A DNA stretch of 64,000 nucleotides from Catajapyx aquilonaris (GCA_000934665.2 JYFJ02002621.1:1-64000), one strand, 5' to 3'; positions 14,301-28,117 are shown, numbered from the stretch's first letter. Program-made: numbers and translations. The notes: generated from the sequence alone by a model not told the origin.

Positions 14301-14743
14301 GTATAGTCCCTATTTGAATATTAGCCGATTTTGTTACAATCATATCCTGTAAATACCAGCAATTCCCCTTCTTTTGCGTAACGAGGGATAGACAGTGTCT
14401 TCTCCATGGTGTCTATGTTTTCAGGTCCTCCTGCCTCCTCCAGATTATTTTGAATATTACCCGCATCTCCTAAATTGCACCAGTCAGTTTCTGCTGCTTC
14501 ATCCAACAAGGCATCAATATCATTTTCCGGATCTGTACAAGAAGTCCAAGCAACAGTATTATTTATACGGTCACTCATAATCATAGACCCTACTGAATTC
14601 CTCGTCCGACCTTCAGTAGTGCTCAGTCCATCTGTCAATAGTGATCCCTGGACAGAAGTGGCCACTGACACTACTACCAGCAAAGCCAGACCTGTGCAAA
14701 ATTTTTGGATAGGGGAAATATGGCCAGGGGCTACTCGAAACAT
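11343..14743 (-). CDS. Serpin C with signal peptide and long acidic N-terminal extension (RCL ENGSESAAGTGSILVPI|S)
   Basis: Serpin exons 13227-13126, 13066-12881, 12814-12604, 12415-12204, 12145-11957, 11874-11736, 11479-11343. Upstream exon 14743-14357 (hydrophobic signal plus D/E-rich region) ends in phase 0 and fits the phase-0 acceptor at 13227. Confidence 0.85.
13319..13648 (-). mobile_element. tRNA-derived SINE in an intron of serpin C
   Basis: tRNA-like head on the minus strand (GTGGCGCAGCGGTAACG...GGTCCCGGGTTCCATCCCC), poly(A) tail (T run 13319-13331), 14-bp TSD gcaattcgc(g/c)taac at 13305-13318 and 13649-13662. Confidence 0.8.
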
Positions 14744-14969
14744 ACCTGAATAGAAGAGCCACATAACTTCCGTTGAATAGAACGTGACCAGGAATGGGTT
14801 GATTTCATAGGCAATATCCAGATAGCGTTATGGAGGTATAAATCACAATGGAAACAGCTCTTTTTATCTATTGTTCGAGTGGGAAGGCGGGGAGAAGAGG
14901 GGAGAAATACTTTTCATACGTATTTTTATATCCTGCGTATATGCTGCACAAATGCATTTACGCCGTTTG

Positions 14970-15013
14970 CACAAATGCATAGACCTTACACTAGTAAGGT
15001 CTATGCACAAATG
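14970..15013. mobile_element. 28-bp mini inverted-repeat element or footprint with 8-bp TSD (P-element-like termini)
   Basis: cacaaatg|CATAGACCTTAC acta GTAAGGTCTATG|cacaaatg. Confidence 0.6.
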
Positions 15014-16067
15014 CACAGCTGTCTTCAGTGAAGATTTGACACAATGAACTTATATTGTTTATAAACTAATAATCACAATAATTTTTTAAACCAAATCTCA
15101 AGATGTAGTGGCTAAATACGTACACAGAATGTGAATTGAAGTTAAATGGACCTTCAAAAGCAACAAGTGACGTGCATTGACTAAAAGCACTAACTGATGA
15201 GAAAGTGATGACAATGATATGGTGGAAGACCACTCGGACAACAATAGGATGAACCAATAGCTTGATGAACTCATGAAGCAGATGGTCTCATGAACGCTTT
15301 CTGTTCCTATAATCCCACTCTCACACCCACCTCACCTTATGCTATAGCCTACTGTACTGTACACCTCCAGCTGTGAAAATCAGTAGACTATAAGTTTATA
15401 CAGTATACCCGCCCCCGAAGCCATCAAATCTTATATCCCATATCCTCCCATAAACCAGTAATCCCCAAGCCGGAGGTGATTGAGTTTTTACGAGCTATAT
15501 AGTTGCCAATAATATTGATATCACGATCAATATAATATTATCGTTATTGCTTAAAATATTGTTTTCCGTGTGTGTTTTTACGAAACCCTTTAATTGCAAT
15601 GATTCATTCTTCAATATTACTGAATATTAATATTTTATTACATTACATTACATCGATATTACATCAAACATTACATCGATTATTTTATATGCCAGGTTAT
15701 TATCTCGGTTATGTCCTTTCTTCTTGCATTGGGGCACCCTTTTCTATTCCCGGATAACGCAATGGCTCCAAATCATGCTCGCCATTGTACTGGGCTGATG
15801 CACTATGACAAAATGATTTAATGCCATGTTGTTTGTGTTTGATCCTTAGCTACCCATAATGGTATTGCATTGTACAATGTAATGTCTTTCAGATCTGACG
15901 CACTTGCATGATGTGCAGGATCTGTAAACTGCACTTGTCGCACATCATGCTACCCCTTATTATTTTAATGGTGTATTATACAGTAGATGTAGCTGCAGTT
16001 GACACTGTCGACAGTCAATAAAAAAAACTTACCGCACATTTTTATCAAATAAGATTTATTGTGATTA

Positions 16068-18083
16068 TCATTCTTCTTTCGGGAGTTCGACTTTTCCCAC
16101 AAAAATGACGGTCTTTGACGTTTGCTCTACAATGGCGAAAAGGAAGGGACGATTGGCGTGGAAGTAAAATCCGTACGTTTTGACTGCGTCGATAATAACT
16201 ATAAACAATAGAGAAAACGTAAATATTGTTGTCCAATTATTTTAAAACCAGTCATACCTGTAGCAGCTGCTGCCACGCTGCCAGTCTCGTTGACTTGAAT
16301 AACGGCTTTGTGTATGGCATGTTTCACGTACAAGTCGTCTTCATTTGTAACTTTACTAAAGTTGGCACTGATACTGTTAAACATGTCCGACATCCCCAGC
16401 TGAAAAAAAAACGTTTCGTATTGAGTTAGAAGTGACCCATGCCAATATTGCACTGTCAATAACTTCTGACAGGTAGGATTCACCCAGATAGCCAAGCCAC
16501 GACATTCATAATATTTGAAATTAATTGTTATTGTTGATTATGTATTGTTGCAAAAAAGTAATAAAATGCGGGGCAATGTCCCTGCATCTTTCCGTTTTGT
16601 TTATATGCACGGTGTGTTGTTTTTTAAAAAAGTGAATTGAATCAAAGGCTACAAAAAAATAACGTCACAGAGGTGCTTATAATATGTTGAGCAATAATTA
16701 GTTCCATGACCTAGAGAATGTGTTTTTTTTTACAAGGCCACCTTTGTAAGATCATTACAACAAAACCATGTTGAAAACATTGCAAGAAACATGCCGTGTG
16801 ACCGCTACAAACAGCTCCCTCTATACTTCGTGCAAAACGTTATCTATTCGAGATCTCTAAATGTCATGCAGAAATCCCATCCAGTCCACTTGCCTTTTCC
16901 AATGGTGCGTTCAGCTTCAGTTTGCTTTCCAACTTGAATCTGGGTATAACCACAAACCCTGATGAGAGCCCTGCTTTCTCTTGTTCAGCTCTTTCCAAAA
17001 GTTGTGTAAACGAAAACTCCTTCAGTTTGTCAATCGTGCTTTCCAAATTATTGTCACCGTTTGGAAGTATAAGAATCATCTCAAAGTCTTGATTAGCATA
17101 TGGCAAAATCAAAACTTCCGAGTGCAGACTTTCCACATGCAAGTAATAAAAGTGACCAAATTGCCTCATATAAGTCACATTCGACATTCCTTCTTTGCCG
17201 TGAAAGACATCTCGATAGCTGCTGGAAGTGTCGAAAGGAACTAGCCATCTTCCTTCAAAGTAGATACCATTGACGAGCACAAGAAATGTCCTGGCATCGA
17301 ACAAGTTGGGCGTCACCATTTCTTTGATCATCCCGTTCGTTGTGCTAGAAATCCACTCGTTGATTTTGTTGGATGTCGTTATGCCGTTTCCAAAATCGAC
17401 CGGTTCTGCCTTAGCCCTAAATGTTTGTTCCACAATTTCTTGAAATTCGGGAATGATTTTGACGCCTTCCATCACATACATTTTGTTGGCCATATTCAAA
17501 GTGACATTCTCATTAGATTTGTTCTGAAGCACAGTAAGCAGGCTGCCATAAGTAGGAAGAATGCACTGGTCATCGCCATCTATCAACCAACGAGATATCT
17601 GGTCGGCTGTGTTTCCATCCGCTCCTGCATAGGTCATTGCCAAGGCAATGCTGATGCTAAGGGGCGATATAAAAATATTTCCCTTTTCCTCTCCCGAAAT
17701 AGTCTGCAAAGCGATTGTGAATTAATCACTTTTCCTAATGGCAAAATACTAACTGATCGTACCTGAAGTAAGTCCCATGTCAGACGGTTAATTGCTGAGG
17801 TGACGTCCGCTAAGTTATCTGCGCTTCGAGTCACATCAATGGTAAGAAAAACAAACAAACCTAAAAATTGCAAACACACGCGTGAATGGCATAAGTTAGT
17901 CAAATATTTGATTCTCGAGGATTTTAGATACTGCACATGCCATTAGGACTAGACGCAAAAAAAACCCTCTGAACATCTCATTGCAATTATAATGTTCGAA
18001 ATTGCAAATTCAGTATTTTACCAGAACTTAAGAAGAAGAATAATAGCATGCTGTATTGTCCTACCTAACAATCGAATCCACAT
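16068..18083 (-). CDS. Serpin D, intron-poor, secreted (RCL ETGSVAAAATVIIDAVK|T, P1 probably Lys)
   Basis: Exons 18083-18065, 17860-17763, 17703-16894 (810-nt fused exon, GC donor), 16399-16258, 16198-16068. Motifs ISPLSI, NGIYFEGRW, ANRPF. Confidence 0.92.
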
Positions 18084-18141
18084 GATCCACCAAAGTTGAA
18101 GACAAAATCGCAACTGATAACCGGATCGTCAAGGTGGAATA

Positions 18142-18148
18142 TTTTATA
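18142..18148 (-). promoter_or_regulatory. candidate TATA box of serpin D
   Basis: TATAAAA on the minus strand ~60 nt upstream of the ATG at 18083. Confidence 0.35.
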
Positions 18149-19212
18149 TGGGCTAACTTCGGCAAAAAAGAACCCGAATGCAGGTCAGAAGAACAGCACT
18201 AAAAGTCCTGCTTGTACAAAGCGGTGCCTTACAATACTAGACATTTTTACATTAATGATCAGTTATTGATTTGAGGGTGAGAACACATTAAGAACTAGAG
18301 GCATACTTAATATTTATGTAACACTATACGCCAGTATTTTGGAATAGATGGGTGACATTCCTCTGACACGTTGACCTACTGGCCTTCGTTAGTTTTCGCG
18401 CAAAGTAGGGTAAATATTTGACGTCAATATGTTTACTAACACGATACCGGTACTCGTTCTGCATACACTCACATAATTATCGCATGTGCGTTAAATATGG
18501 CATGACATCATTGCGTACAAAAGAAGAAATGTTCCAGGGAACAAAAACCAGCCTTTTATTGTACTTTACTTGCTATTACTGAGGTGAAAAGAAAAGAAAA
18601 GTGCATTACATGATATGTATGTTATGCTTCCTTTGATACTTTATTAACATGTTGTACCCTTCTCTCTAATGATTATACGACTAGAAAAATAGACAGTGAT
18701 TTTACATATATGAAATAAAAGTTTCTAGATCTTTGCACTATACGCATCAAAATGTAACAGCAATTTTTACGTGGTCAGAAATTATAGGTTAGTTCGATCT
18801 TGAATAGAGCGTCGAGCTTAATTTATGTTTCCTGAAAATAAAGCTATGTGAACATTTTAAAATGTCAATCATTTTTAGTTCATGACTTACAACACTGTTT
18901 CCTTACATGGTAACTCATGTAATAATCATGTAATAACATATGATAATATATCATGTAAGGAATCAAAAAATTTAAACTTAATATATTATATTAAGTTTAA
19001 AAAAATTATCTTAGAATGGTAGAATGTTGATTATTAGAAGAAATTTGTGCTATTCTCCCCAACGTATTCAACAATAATAATTACAATATCAATCACGTTG
19101 TTGATGATTTTAGCGAACGATGTGTTTGTTGAAAGAGCATATTCCTGGAAATGCGTATAATAATCTTGCGTCCTGGAATCACGTACAAAAAGACATACAC
19201 ACATCCTCCCTC

Positions 19213-22200
19213 TTAGCGCAGTGGGTTTTCCATTTTTCCTGCAAAAAGAATCACTTGCATTTTACTGTCTAGAATGAAGAATAAGAACGGATGGTCAGCT
19301 CTAAAGACGGGAGGAACCGTAACACGAGAAGTTCTCCAGTTTATAACTCCTCCTGTGAATGGAACAAGATGAGATGTCAGAAATACACCATTAATTCACA
19401 TACAGGGAAAATATCCAAGTGGTCTGCAATTAACTTCAAAAATCTTATTATGCAATAGATAATTTACTAAACTCCCGTTGTGCTAAACTTTATTAAATTT
19501 AACTGCGCTTTACTTACACAGCGAAACTGTGGAGAATTCCTTAGTTGAAGAAGCTTATGATCAATAATTTTGTCTCTCTGTATCACCTGGTACAAATAAG
19601 TCTACTGTACTGTACGTATGCCATACCTGTTGCTGCCGCTGCTTCGCTTCCTTGTTCGTTCACTTCAATGGCAGCTTTCTGCACAATATCTGACACTACC
19701 AGATCACGACTTCCAGAGATTTTACTTAGGTCAGATCGATACAGGAACATATCGGTGATCCCCATCTACAAGAGGTACATACGTTAGATATTACTTTTTT
19801 GATGTAAGCTATAGCAGTAGTATGAGTATTTGCAATTATACAAACCTTTTTCAAAGGATCGACGAGATTCATTTCCGTTTCCAGCTTGAAACGTGGAAAT
19901 TGGACCTTCACTTTTGTTTCTGTTAGCCTGGACCTGATTTGACTGAGGGACATGTTTTTAAGTTTCTTCATTGTACTTCGGAGGCCGGACCTAAGCCTCG
20001 GAAGAATCACCAGCATACGTATTTTTTTATTCTGAAATTAAAAACATCAGATTGTTAAAATCCTATAGATTAACAACCTAAGGAGGTCTTTCCCACAGCA
20101 CACATCCCTTATCATACTTAGACTTGAGATTATGCCTACTTGTACGCTAAAACTCGTCCCTTCTCAAATGATGACAAAAATAGCTCTTTTCATTTTCACT
20201 GATTCAATACTGTACGGTATACTTGTATTTCCATCTTATGCTAGGGACGTTCAGAAAGTTTTTCGTTTTTTCAACCAGATCTTGAAGCAATGAACCTGTA
20301 TGCAGGAAAATTAACATGGACGTGTTTCCAATAATTATAACATACCATGAACGACCATGATTAGCCTGCCATGCAGCACTGAAACTTCTCGGACGCAGAC
20401 ACTGGTTTAGTTCTTCTAAAATTGTATCAGGGATGTACGGATGTAAAATACTGTATAAATAATTATATGACTATTTATTTTTGTGTGTAGATTCATTGCT
20501 TCATTATCAGGAAAGATACTTTGTGAACGCGTCTTGTAACATATGGTACCTCGCTGTAATATATGAATGACCTCTAACAACATTTTACCTTATATGGCAT
20601 TTCCAAAATTTGAGCATCCAACTTTTGGACATCGTGATAATAGAACTTTCCTTCCACTTCCATCATACTAACACCCCTGACAGTAGTGACATCATCAGGA
20701 TAAAAGTCACTGACACGAGTGTGATGAGACGGAAATTGGGTGGCCCAATCGCCCTTGAAATATACCCCGTTGACTACCACCAATCTGGTCAGTTCGGTCA
20801 GCATACCTGTAAGTGTTTAGTATATGTGTAAAAGCCAGAATAACAATAGGTGTTGCACATCAACTCACCAGGTGAAATAAGTCCTTTAATTTTCCTGTGT
20901 GTAACCTCTTCTACCCAATTGTTGATTTGAGTCTCAGCTGCAGCTGTCTGGGTGAAATCGACCGTTTGGGCGGTGCTTCGGAAGCACTTACGCAGCTTGT
21001 CTTGGTATGTTGGCAACGGGACGAAGTCTTCCATCAGGAATACTCGGTTGGCCATTTCCACCGTCACGTTCTTCAGATTCTGGTGGGGACAAGAAAATTT
21101 GAAATTTTTGAGTGAGTTGTTTGAACAATGTTTTAGGTTTAACTGCCCACATATACAACAGAGGCCTTATTTGGGTATGAAGTTAATGATTTGGGGTAAA
21201 AGAGGCAAATAAAACAAAGCTTGAGTTACAGAAGGATCAGTCACATTTTGGTCGAAATTGAGTTAAGCATGCTTCATAGAGTGCCTGATGCATACTTTCC
21301 AAAAGGTCAGCTGTCTGGTACAGAAATCACCTTAGAAATACGTTCGGTATGTTTGAAAAATGGATCCCATATATGATAACATGGTTTTCACGCTTTAAAC
21401 TCTCAGCATAGCTCTAAAGTCTAAACCCTTCCAATGTGATTCTGATCGTTCTTCAAATCTGGCAGAAACAAGGTCATAAAATTTTGATCTGACAAATTAT
21501 TGAAACTTTGATAATTACGCAAATTATTATCAGTACGAGAGATGCTTTAGAGGAAATAATACCACGTAGAGTTTGAAACCGGCTAAATTGCTCTTCAAGC
21601 ATTTCTTTGACCCCAAACAAGCCGCAAATATAGGGGTGCAAAATGACGTTAATATGTTAATATGATTCTGTCAATTAATAATTATGTAGACAAAGGCATT
21701 TCTGCCACAATCTGAAAGAATGTCGAGGCGCTAAACAATACCAAAATAATTTTTTAAAGGAAAAACTCAAAGATAATTCGCCGAAGAGTAACAGCATCAG
21801 CATCCTGCTGGAGGGCTACTGCTGCTTTCTACATCACAGAGATGTATGTGTGTAACCGATGTTCGTGTGACATTTCGTGCCCCTACATTTTCGTCCTGTC
21901 GTATGTTCATATACCATTTCTTGTCAAGCTCGTGTTTATTTTTGTGACAGGATGTCCAGGAAGCCATGTTAGATCTACAGCCTGACACGTAACTTCCGGG
22001 GCTGCCTCCTGTCACAATGATTCATTATCGATCATACCCTAGTAGTTTTGGAGAGCCTTTGCAATCTTTTGCAAAGCCGTTGCTCATTTCTGGGGAAGTA
22101 GAAGGCCCGTCGCATTTGACCAGCCGTCTTTCCAACTGCACCCATGTAAATCATGCCCACTGCTGCACTCAAGCTGGCTGGTGAAAAAAACACATTTCGT

Positions 22201-24854
22201 CCGTCATTGTCTTCCCATAGTTTCTGAAATAATTAATGTGCAAAACATTAGTACAGTAGGCCTACATAAACATTCGTGTCATTTTCTAAATTGAAGTATG
22301 GTAGAGATTTGTCGAATTTTGTATGACTTCAAGACGAAAGACTCTGCAAAAATTAACGTGCCCATTTCTGCTTTGAAATTATTACGTAATCACAGACCAT
22401 TAATTTAATGCTAGTCTCAAATAGTGCAAATGGCTTTAGAATCATCCATAAAGGAGGTCGGATTGATTTATTCGCATAACCAATAATGATAGGTTATTCC
22501 GTGACAGGCATGTGGCCTCTAATTATTGTCTCTTATCGACTCCAATTAACTCTATTAACCACATCGTTGTTGATAGATTTTGAAAGTGGCTGAAAAATGG
22601 AGAGATCAGAAAATTCTCCTCCCTGCCCGCGGGGCACCTCAGACTGCACCTCTACGTCTCTTGCACTATTTTTATTAACATATTCTTTCCCTGGTTCAAT
22701 AACAGTTTAAAAGTACTGGGTACATAGCAATTTTGTTTTAGCACGCGAATGTATGGAGTCTTAAAATAATTGGCAATAATCATCTAGCTCCTTCATCACC
22801 TCTTCCCATCAGGCCATACCAGTCTCGACTTCCCTTACCACACCTTAACGCCCTTTAGCCTACTGATGGCACATTCATAACTCAGTCTCGTTATTTTAAG
22901 TATAAAACAAATATAAAATAGGCTATAATTGTGCTTCATAGGCTATGAGAACGTGATTGTGGCTCACCTCCAACAACTCCAAGGTGATCTTTGCGCTGCC
23001 ATCGGGTACGCCTCGCCTTTGCGGATTTGTCCTCACATTTCCTGATACTTCCGACCAGAATGCGAGGGTCAAGGTACAAACGATGGATGCTACAACTGGA
23101 TATAGGCGCTTCATTAATATTCAAGTTGGCTGTTATGTCATTTGGTCTAAAGTTCAAAGCTAACTCCTCTTTCGCAACAATAAATTGATGGTGAATGACG
23201 GAAGTACATTTATAAGGTTATTCTACCAAGGATAACTCACCGTATTCTTGTTCTTATGTAAAAGGGCGAGAGAATGGGCTCCAAAACTACACATTTTATC
23301 GGAAATAATATTGTACTTACGATAAATTTTCTGCAGTTATTTTTAAAGCCTTTTTCTTGGTCATTTTTTGATATTGCTTCCAGCCTGACATAATAAATTA
23401 TCAGCATCTGTTTCATAATAATTATTTACAACTAATTATAGCCCAGTAGTTTGGTTGTGGAAAATTCACCACTACTGCTGCAGAGTGGCTATATTGAAGA
23501 GGGTGCAGACTGCATGATTGTAGAATTCGAATTTTATTATGTTTATTTCCCACCATAACGACGCCTATGCCTAACATGGAAGGAACTGCTGCTGCGGAGG
23601 CAAAAGGCGAGGGTGATTTAGATCGCTCTTGCGAATATTTAGTGAATACATCATGTTTCTTCAGTGTATAGCTGCTTTCTTGATATCATGTTTTTAAATG
23701 CTGAAAAAGTGTCGTAATTTATAGGTCTATACGTTATACAAAAAAACCATTGCTTCAATATTCCTATAAAATGATTCCAAAATCCAAGGTGACCCAATCA
23801 AGAACCGCACGAATATTTCTGAGGGTCTCAGGAGAAGTGATTGGTTTAAAAAATTGTTAGTGATGTTTTGTATGAATTGTAATTTTACATAACAAGAAGT
23901 TATATTACACAAGTAAGTAACACAAAAGACTGCGGAAACGTAATTATGGGCAGGGATCAAGCTGAATTACTACCCAAAAAAGGTTTGGGAAGCAACTGTC
24001 ACTTTGCTCTTATTATTTCTCCCTTCTATAGCAGCGACTATGGGCCGCCGGACTGAGGAAATAATATCAGCTTATGATCTTCGTCAAATACGTTGGGAAA
24101 CACAGAATGTACGGTGTAGAAGTCTTGGATATAATTTTAACAATTATTACATCCTCAATGGAAGTAAGGAACTTCTTTCCTGGCGGTATAATTGGGTGGT
24201 TACACCATCTACTGGCCAAAAGTTCAAATAATGCAGTATAATACAGTAGGCCTCTTTGCAAAAAAAAACAAAAACAAAACAAAAACAAAACAAAAACAAA
24301 ACAAATGCACCCTATAACTGCAGGTGTACACTACTAGCATTACAGTTTCTCAAGTCGCACATAATAATACCCGACAGAAAAATCCTGGCCTCTTTGTGCA
24401 TCAAAATAAGCAATATGTTTGTGTACTGTATAACATATATGCACACGTACATCAACTTAACGCAATCCAAACTATTGCTACGATTTTTATAGATCCCTAG
24501 TACAAGCATATTCTAGCTATTTGTAAATATCAAATATTGTAATTTGGTCGTATCTATATTATTAGACAGCGCAATCTCCTGCATCTACATCAACGAAGCC
24601 GCATTATCATGTTTTGTTTCAAATTATCCATAACTATTGTCCTACTTCCAAAGGGCAAAATGTAATAAAATATCAAATAAAACAAGGCAGCATTCGGTAA
24701 TTTTTTTCTAAACAGATATTCACTTTCACCTTGCATAAGTTACACATTCCGGGCCTATACTTGTCCTCAATAACGCAATAGGAGCCAAGGTCGAGTCTTG
24801 AGAAACCAAAACACAAGAGCAACACTGGTACTCACCAAACAGGGTGCTCTTCAT
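19213..24854 (-). CDS. Serpin E, secreted, predicted trypsin-type inhibitor ([22 protein letters not shown]1 Arg)
   Basis: Exons 23095-22968 (or ATG 23114 unspliced), 22223-22038, 21079-20869, 20806-20589, 20031-19846, 19765-19627, 19352-19213. A probable 19-nt leader exon at 24854-24836 gives [20 protein letters not shown]; this leader is less certain than the body. Confidence 0.88.
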
Positions 24855-25368
24855 GTTGCTTCTGCGCTGGTTCACCTTCCGAGTCACTGTATTTATTGGT
24901 CGCTTAAGAAGTTAGTATCCCATGAAAATAGAGATGCGCCAATAGAAACGCGCAGTTGCTGGAAATGTTACACCTCACTTCCTTCCGTGGAATATTCTTC
25001 GCGTACCGGTATGTCAATCACAGGTGCGAATGCTAACTCATATTTATTTTTGCTCAGCTATTTGAACGAGGGTGCAATTCCACGGACTTAGTGAAACTAC
25101 TTCGAACTAGACATTTGAAAAGGCCTTCGAGTGTGTTATCTGTCCCAGCCCGGGTCTCTTCTTGATCCTTCGACTAATCAGTATTGGCTCATTATCAGCT
25201 GAAATGTGTGTATAACTTTGCCTTGGAATCGTGCTTTTATTTCTAGATGAGTTGGGGTCAATTTATTGCACCGATAAATAGTACTGCAGTCAATGTGAAC
25301 TCGACAACATGTGCGTATACTATTTGTGATAAGGACATTTTGTTAAAATGGAGATTTGCATAACTGCT

Positions 25369-27390
25369 TCAGATAGGGTTTTCCAGCTTTCCGGCAAACA
25401 GGATTAGTCCAGTGTTTCTTCCGAGAATAAAAAATAAAAATGGATGATCTGCTTTGAAGACTGGAGGAGGATGGATGGACAAACCTGGCACTGGTCGGAC
25501 TGTATCTGAAATTAATATATTGTCATCAACTAAGATCAACCGTGAAGATAATTATTGCAGTTATAATCATGTTGCATATTACTAGTGGCTGCAGGAGCTT
25601 CACTTCCATTCTCGTCCACGTCGACAAAAGTTTTTTGTATCACATTTGACAACCAGAGGTTTTCTGCTGACGTCATTAAGTTCAAGTTTGCGTCTCGGGT
25701 GAAGAGGTCAGTAATTCCCATCTGGGAATGCGACATTTTACAACTTTGGCGACGTAAAAGATTTTCCGGGTAAAATTAACTGATGTTCATATTTTGAAAC
25801 AAGCATCGTGACTTATCGGTATAATAAACTAAAATCTAGATATTTCAGATTTCAGAAGAAGGGTTTTTCCCTTCAGAAACTCATACTAAAAATTGTGATA
25901 ATATCACCTTACTTGAATCAACGGTTGCTTCATGTCAATATCCCCTTCCAGTCTGAACTTGGGTAGAATAACATCAACAGCACGACTTTTAAGTTGTGAC
26001 TGCACGTATCCTAAGGATAGATAACGCAAACGTTGGATTGTCTCCTCCAGACCGTTGTTGGCGTAGGGCAAGATTATCATCATGACAGTGTCATTACCCT
26101 AGTATAAAGAAAGTTTTAAATTAAGTCTATGGTTCAGATTGGTAAAAAAAAGGAACTTACTTTGTAGGGCAACTGCAGCACTTGCGCATTAAGTTTATTC
26201 CCTATTTCGGCATATGGGAAAGATTGTGTTTGTCTCATCATTTCCACATCTACATTGATACCTGCAGTTGTGCGAAAATATGCCTTCTCAGTTCTAAATT
26301 TATTAAATGGATTTTCCCAACTGCCATTAAAAGATACTCCTGTTACCAAAACTGCGTGAGTGTCGCCACTCAAAGAGGCTAGAAGAAATCAAAATGTGTA
26401 ATTATGTACATACACAACAATCTGAGTGTTTAGTAGGATTTTTGTGTGACACCTTACCAGGAGAAATCAAATTCTCAATCTTGCCATGAGTAGTTTGTAG
26501 AACCCACGAGTTTATTTCTCCAGCAGCTTTTTGTGCCAAGCTGAAGTCCATACTTTCAGCCATGACATGGAAGCATTCTGAAAGGCTTTGTTGGTAATTT
26601 TCTAGAATGGGATACCTTGTGGCCACATACAGCCTCTTGGCTGTTGCTAGGGTCACTTCAGGAAGGCGTTCCAAAAACTGGGTCACCAGTCTGGATCGAG
26701 TACAAGCTTTGTCTTTGAATCGTTCTAGCATTATAGCTTGCTTGATCTGATTTGCTGTATTTCCAGATGAGCCCATGAATATCATACCCATCACTTGTTC
26801 CACACTTGTTGGAGAAAATACGACATTTTCCAGTTTTGTACCCAGATTCTGAAAATGTAACTTTTATATTTTAAAAAGCTTTACTGGCACATGTCAGCTT
26901 ACCTCCAGTATATCGAAGGTGACTTTGCTGTTGCCGGAAATTATTCGGTGCTTTCGTTGAGATGCCACGAGCGTCACAAGATACGCCAGAAGAGCTTTAA
27001 AGAGGAATGTAACCTAATAATTATATTTCATTCAATAGTCGAGACAATGTCACATGTTCATGACAAATTATTCCAGTACAGTTCTGCTCCAAAATTAAAA
27101 TCAACGATGGTTTTTTTCCATCGCGAACGAATAACACCACAGCTAAGCAGATGTTTCGCGTACTAGTTAACTCATTGATTAATTATTAGTGTTATTACCA
27201 ATGGCATATCAATAAGCAATCTTATAAACAGTTGTTCTCTGTATAGTAAGTATTCAGAGTTACAATTTTAAATTCGAAGCCCTTAATTTGTTATAGTTAA
27301 CTAGCTGATGCAATATACTTATAATAGAAAAAAGTTCCAAGTTGGCATAATACAGCACAACGGTCACTTACCTGTATTGAGTAGCTTCAT
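25369..27390 (-). CDS. Serpin F, secreted, probably non-inhibitory (RCL ENGSEAPAATNTVRPVPG)
   Basis: Exons 27390-27372, 26994-26903, 26848-26458, 26378-26161, 26098-25913, 25721-25583, 25505-25369. The frame stays open; core motifs are divergent (TGVSFNGSW, ATAKRLY). Confidence 0.9.
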
Positions 27391-28117
27391 GTTGAGATGT
27401 GATAACTAGAATGGTAACCATTAGGTTTGAGAATGGGCACCACTAACCGCATCCGCCATACTTCTTCCTGCATTATTGCAAGATAGCACAAGATTGTGGC
27501 TTTTCGCCAGGAAGAGGAAGCTGGACTATACACACTCTGTCAAAAATGCCACCATTTTGAAAATAACGACCTACCCACTTCTGAACTGTTACGTAAGGCA
27601 ATAAAATAATATTAGGAAATACTTTTAAAAAGATAAGCAGCAACGACATTAAACACGCCAAGTGGTTAACCACTTCGGTACTCCAGTGTACACCTGCAGT
27701 GGTACTCCCAGGTACTCCTTAGGTACCTTACTCTTTTATACTCCTTGAATTTGATACTCCAGTGTACACTTTACAGGCGAGTGGTTAGCCCCTTGAAACA
27801 CGCTGCCAAGTGGGTATATAATAAAAAATGAAACAAATGACAGTTTTCAAGTTGCATCATTATTCTGTATTGTCGTTAACTTTCATATATAACAGGATTC
27901 ATGGTCTAAAGTGACAATCAGTAAAAGTCTATTGGTTACTTGCACATTATGTGAGGCCTACTTGTCACACAGAGGAAACTACCTCTTTCCGGGAACATAT
28001 CCAGCGGTTACTTTATCAAAGAGAGGTAAACCACAAACGTCCTGCAGTATAACAACATAGGCCAGTGAGGTGCGCTTTATAATGGTTCCTGTTTGTACAA
28101 AGTCAATTGCATACGTA

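Noticed and set aside
18970..19000. AT-rich palindrome tttaaacttaatat-att-atattaagtttaaa
   Set aside because: Short and low complexity; no supporting TSD or context.
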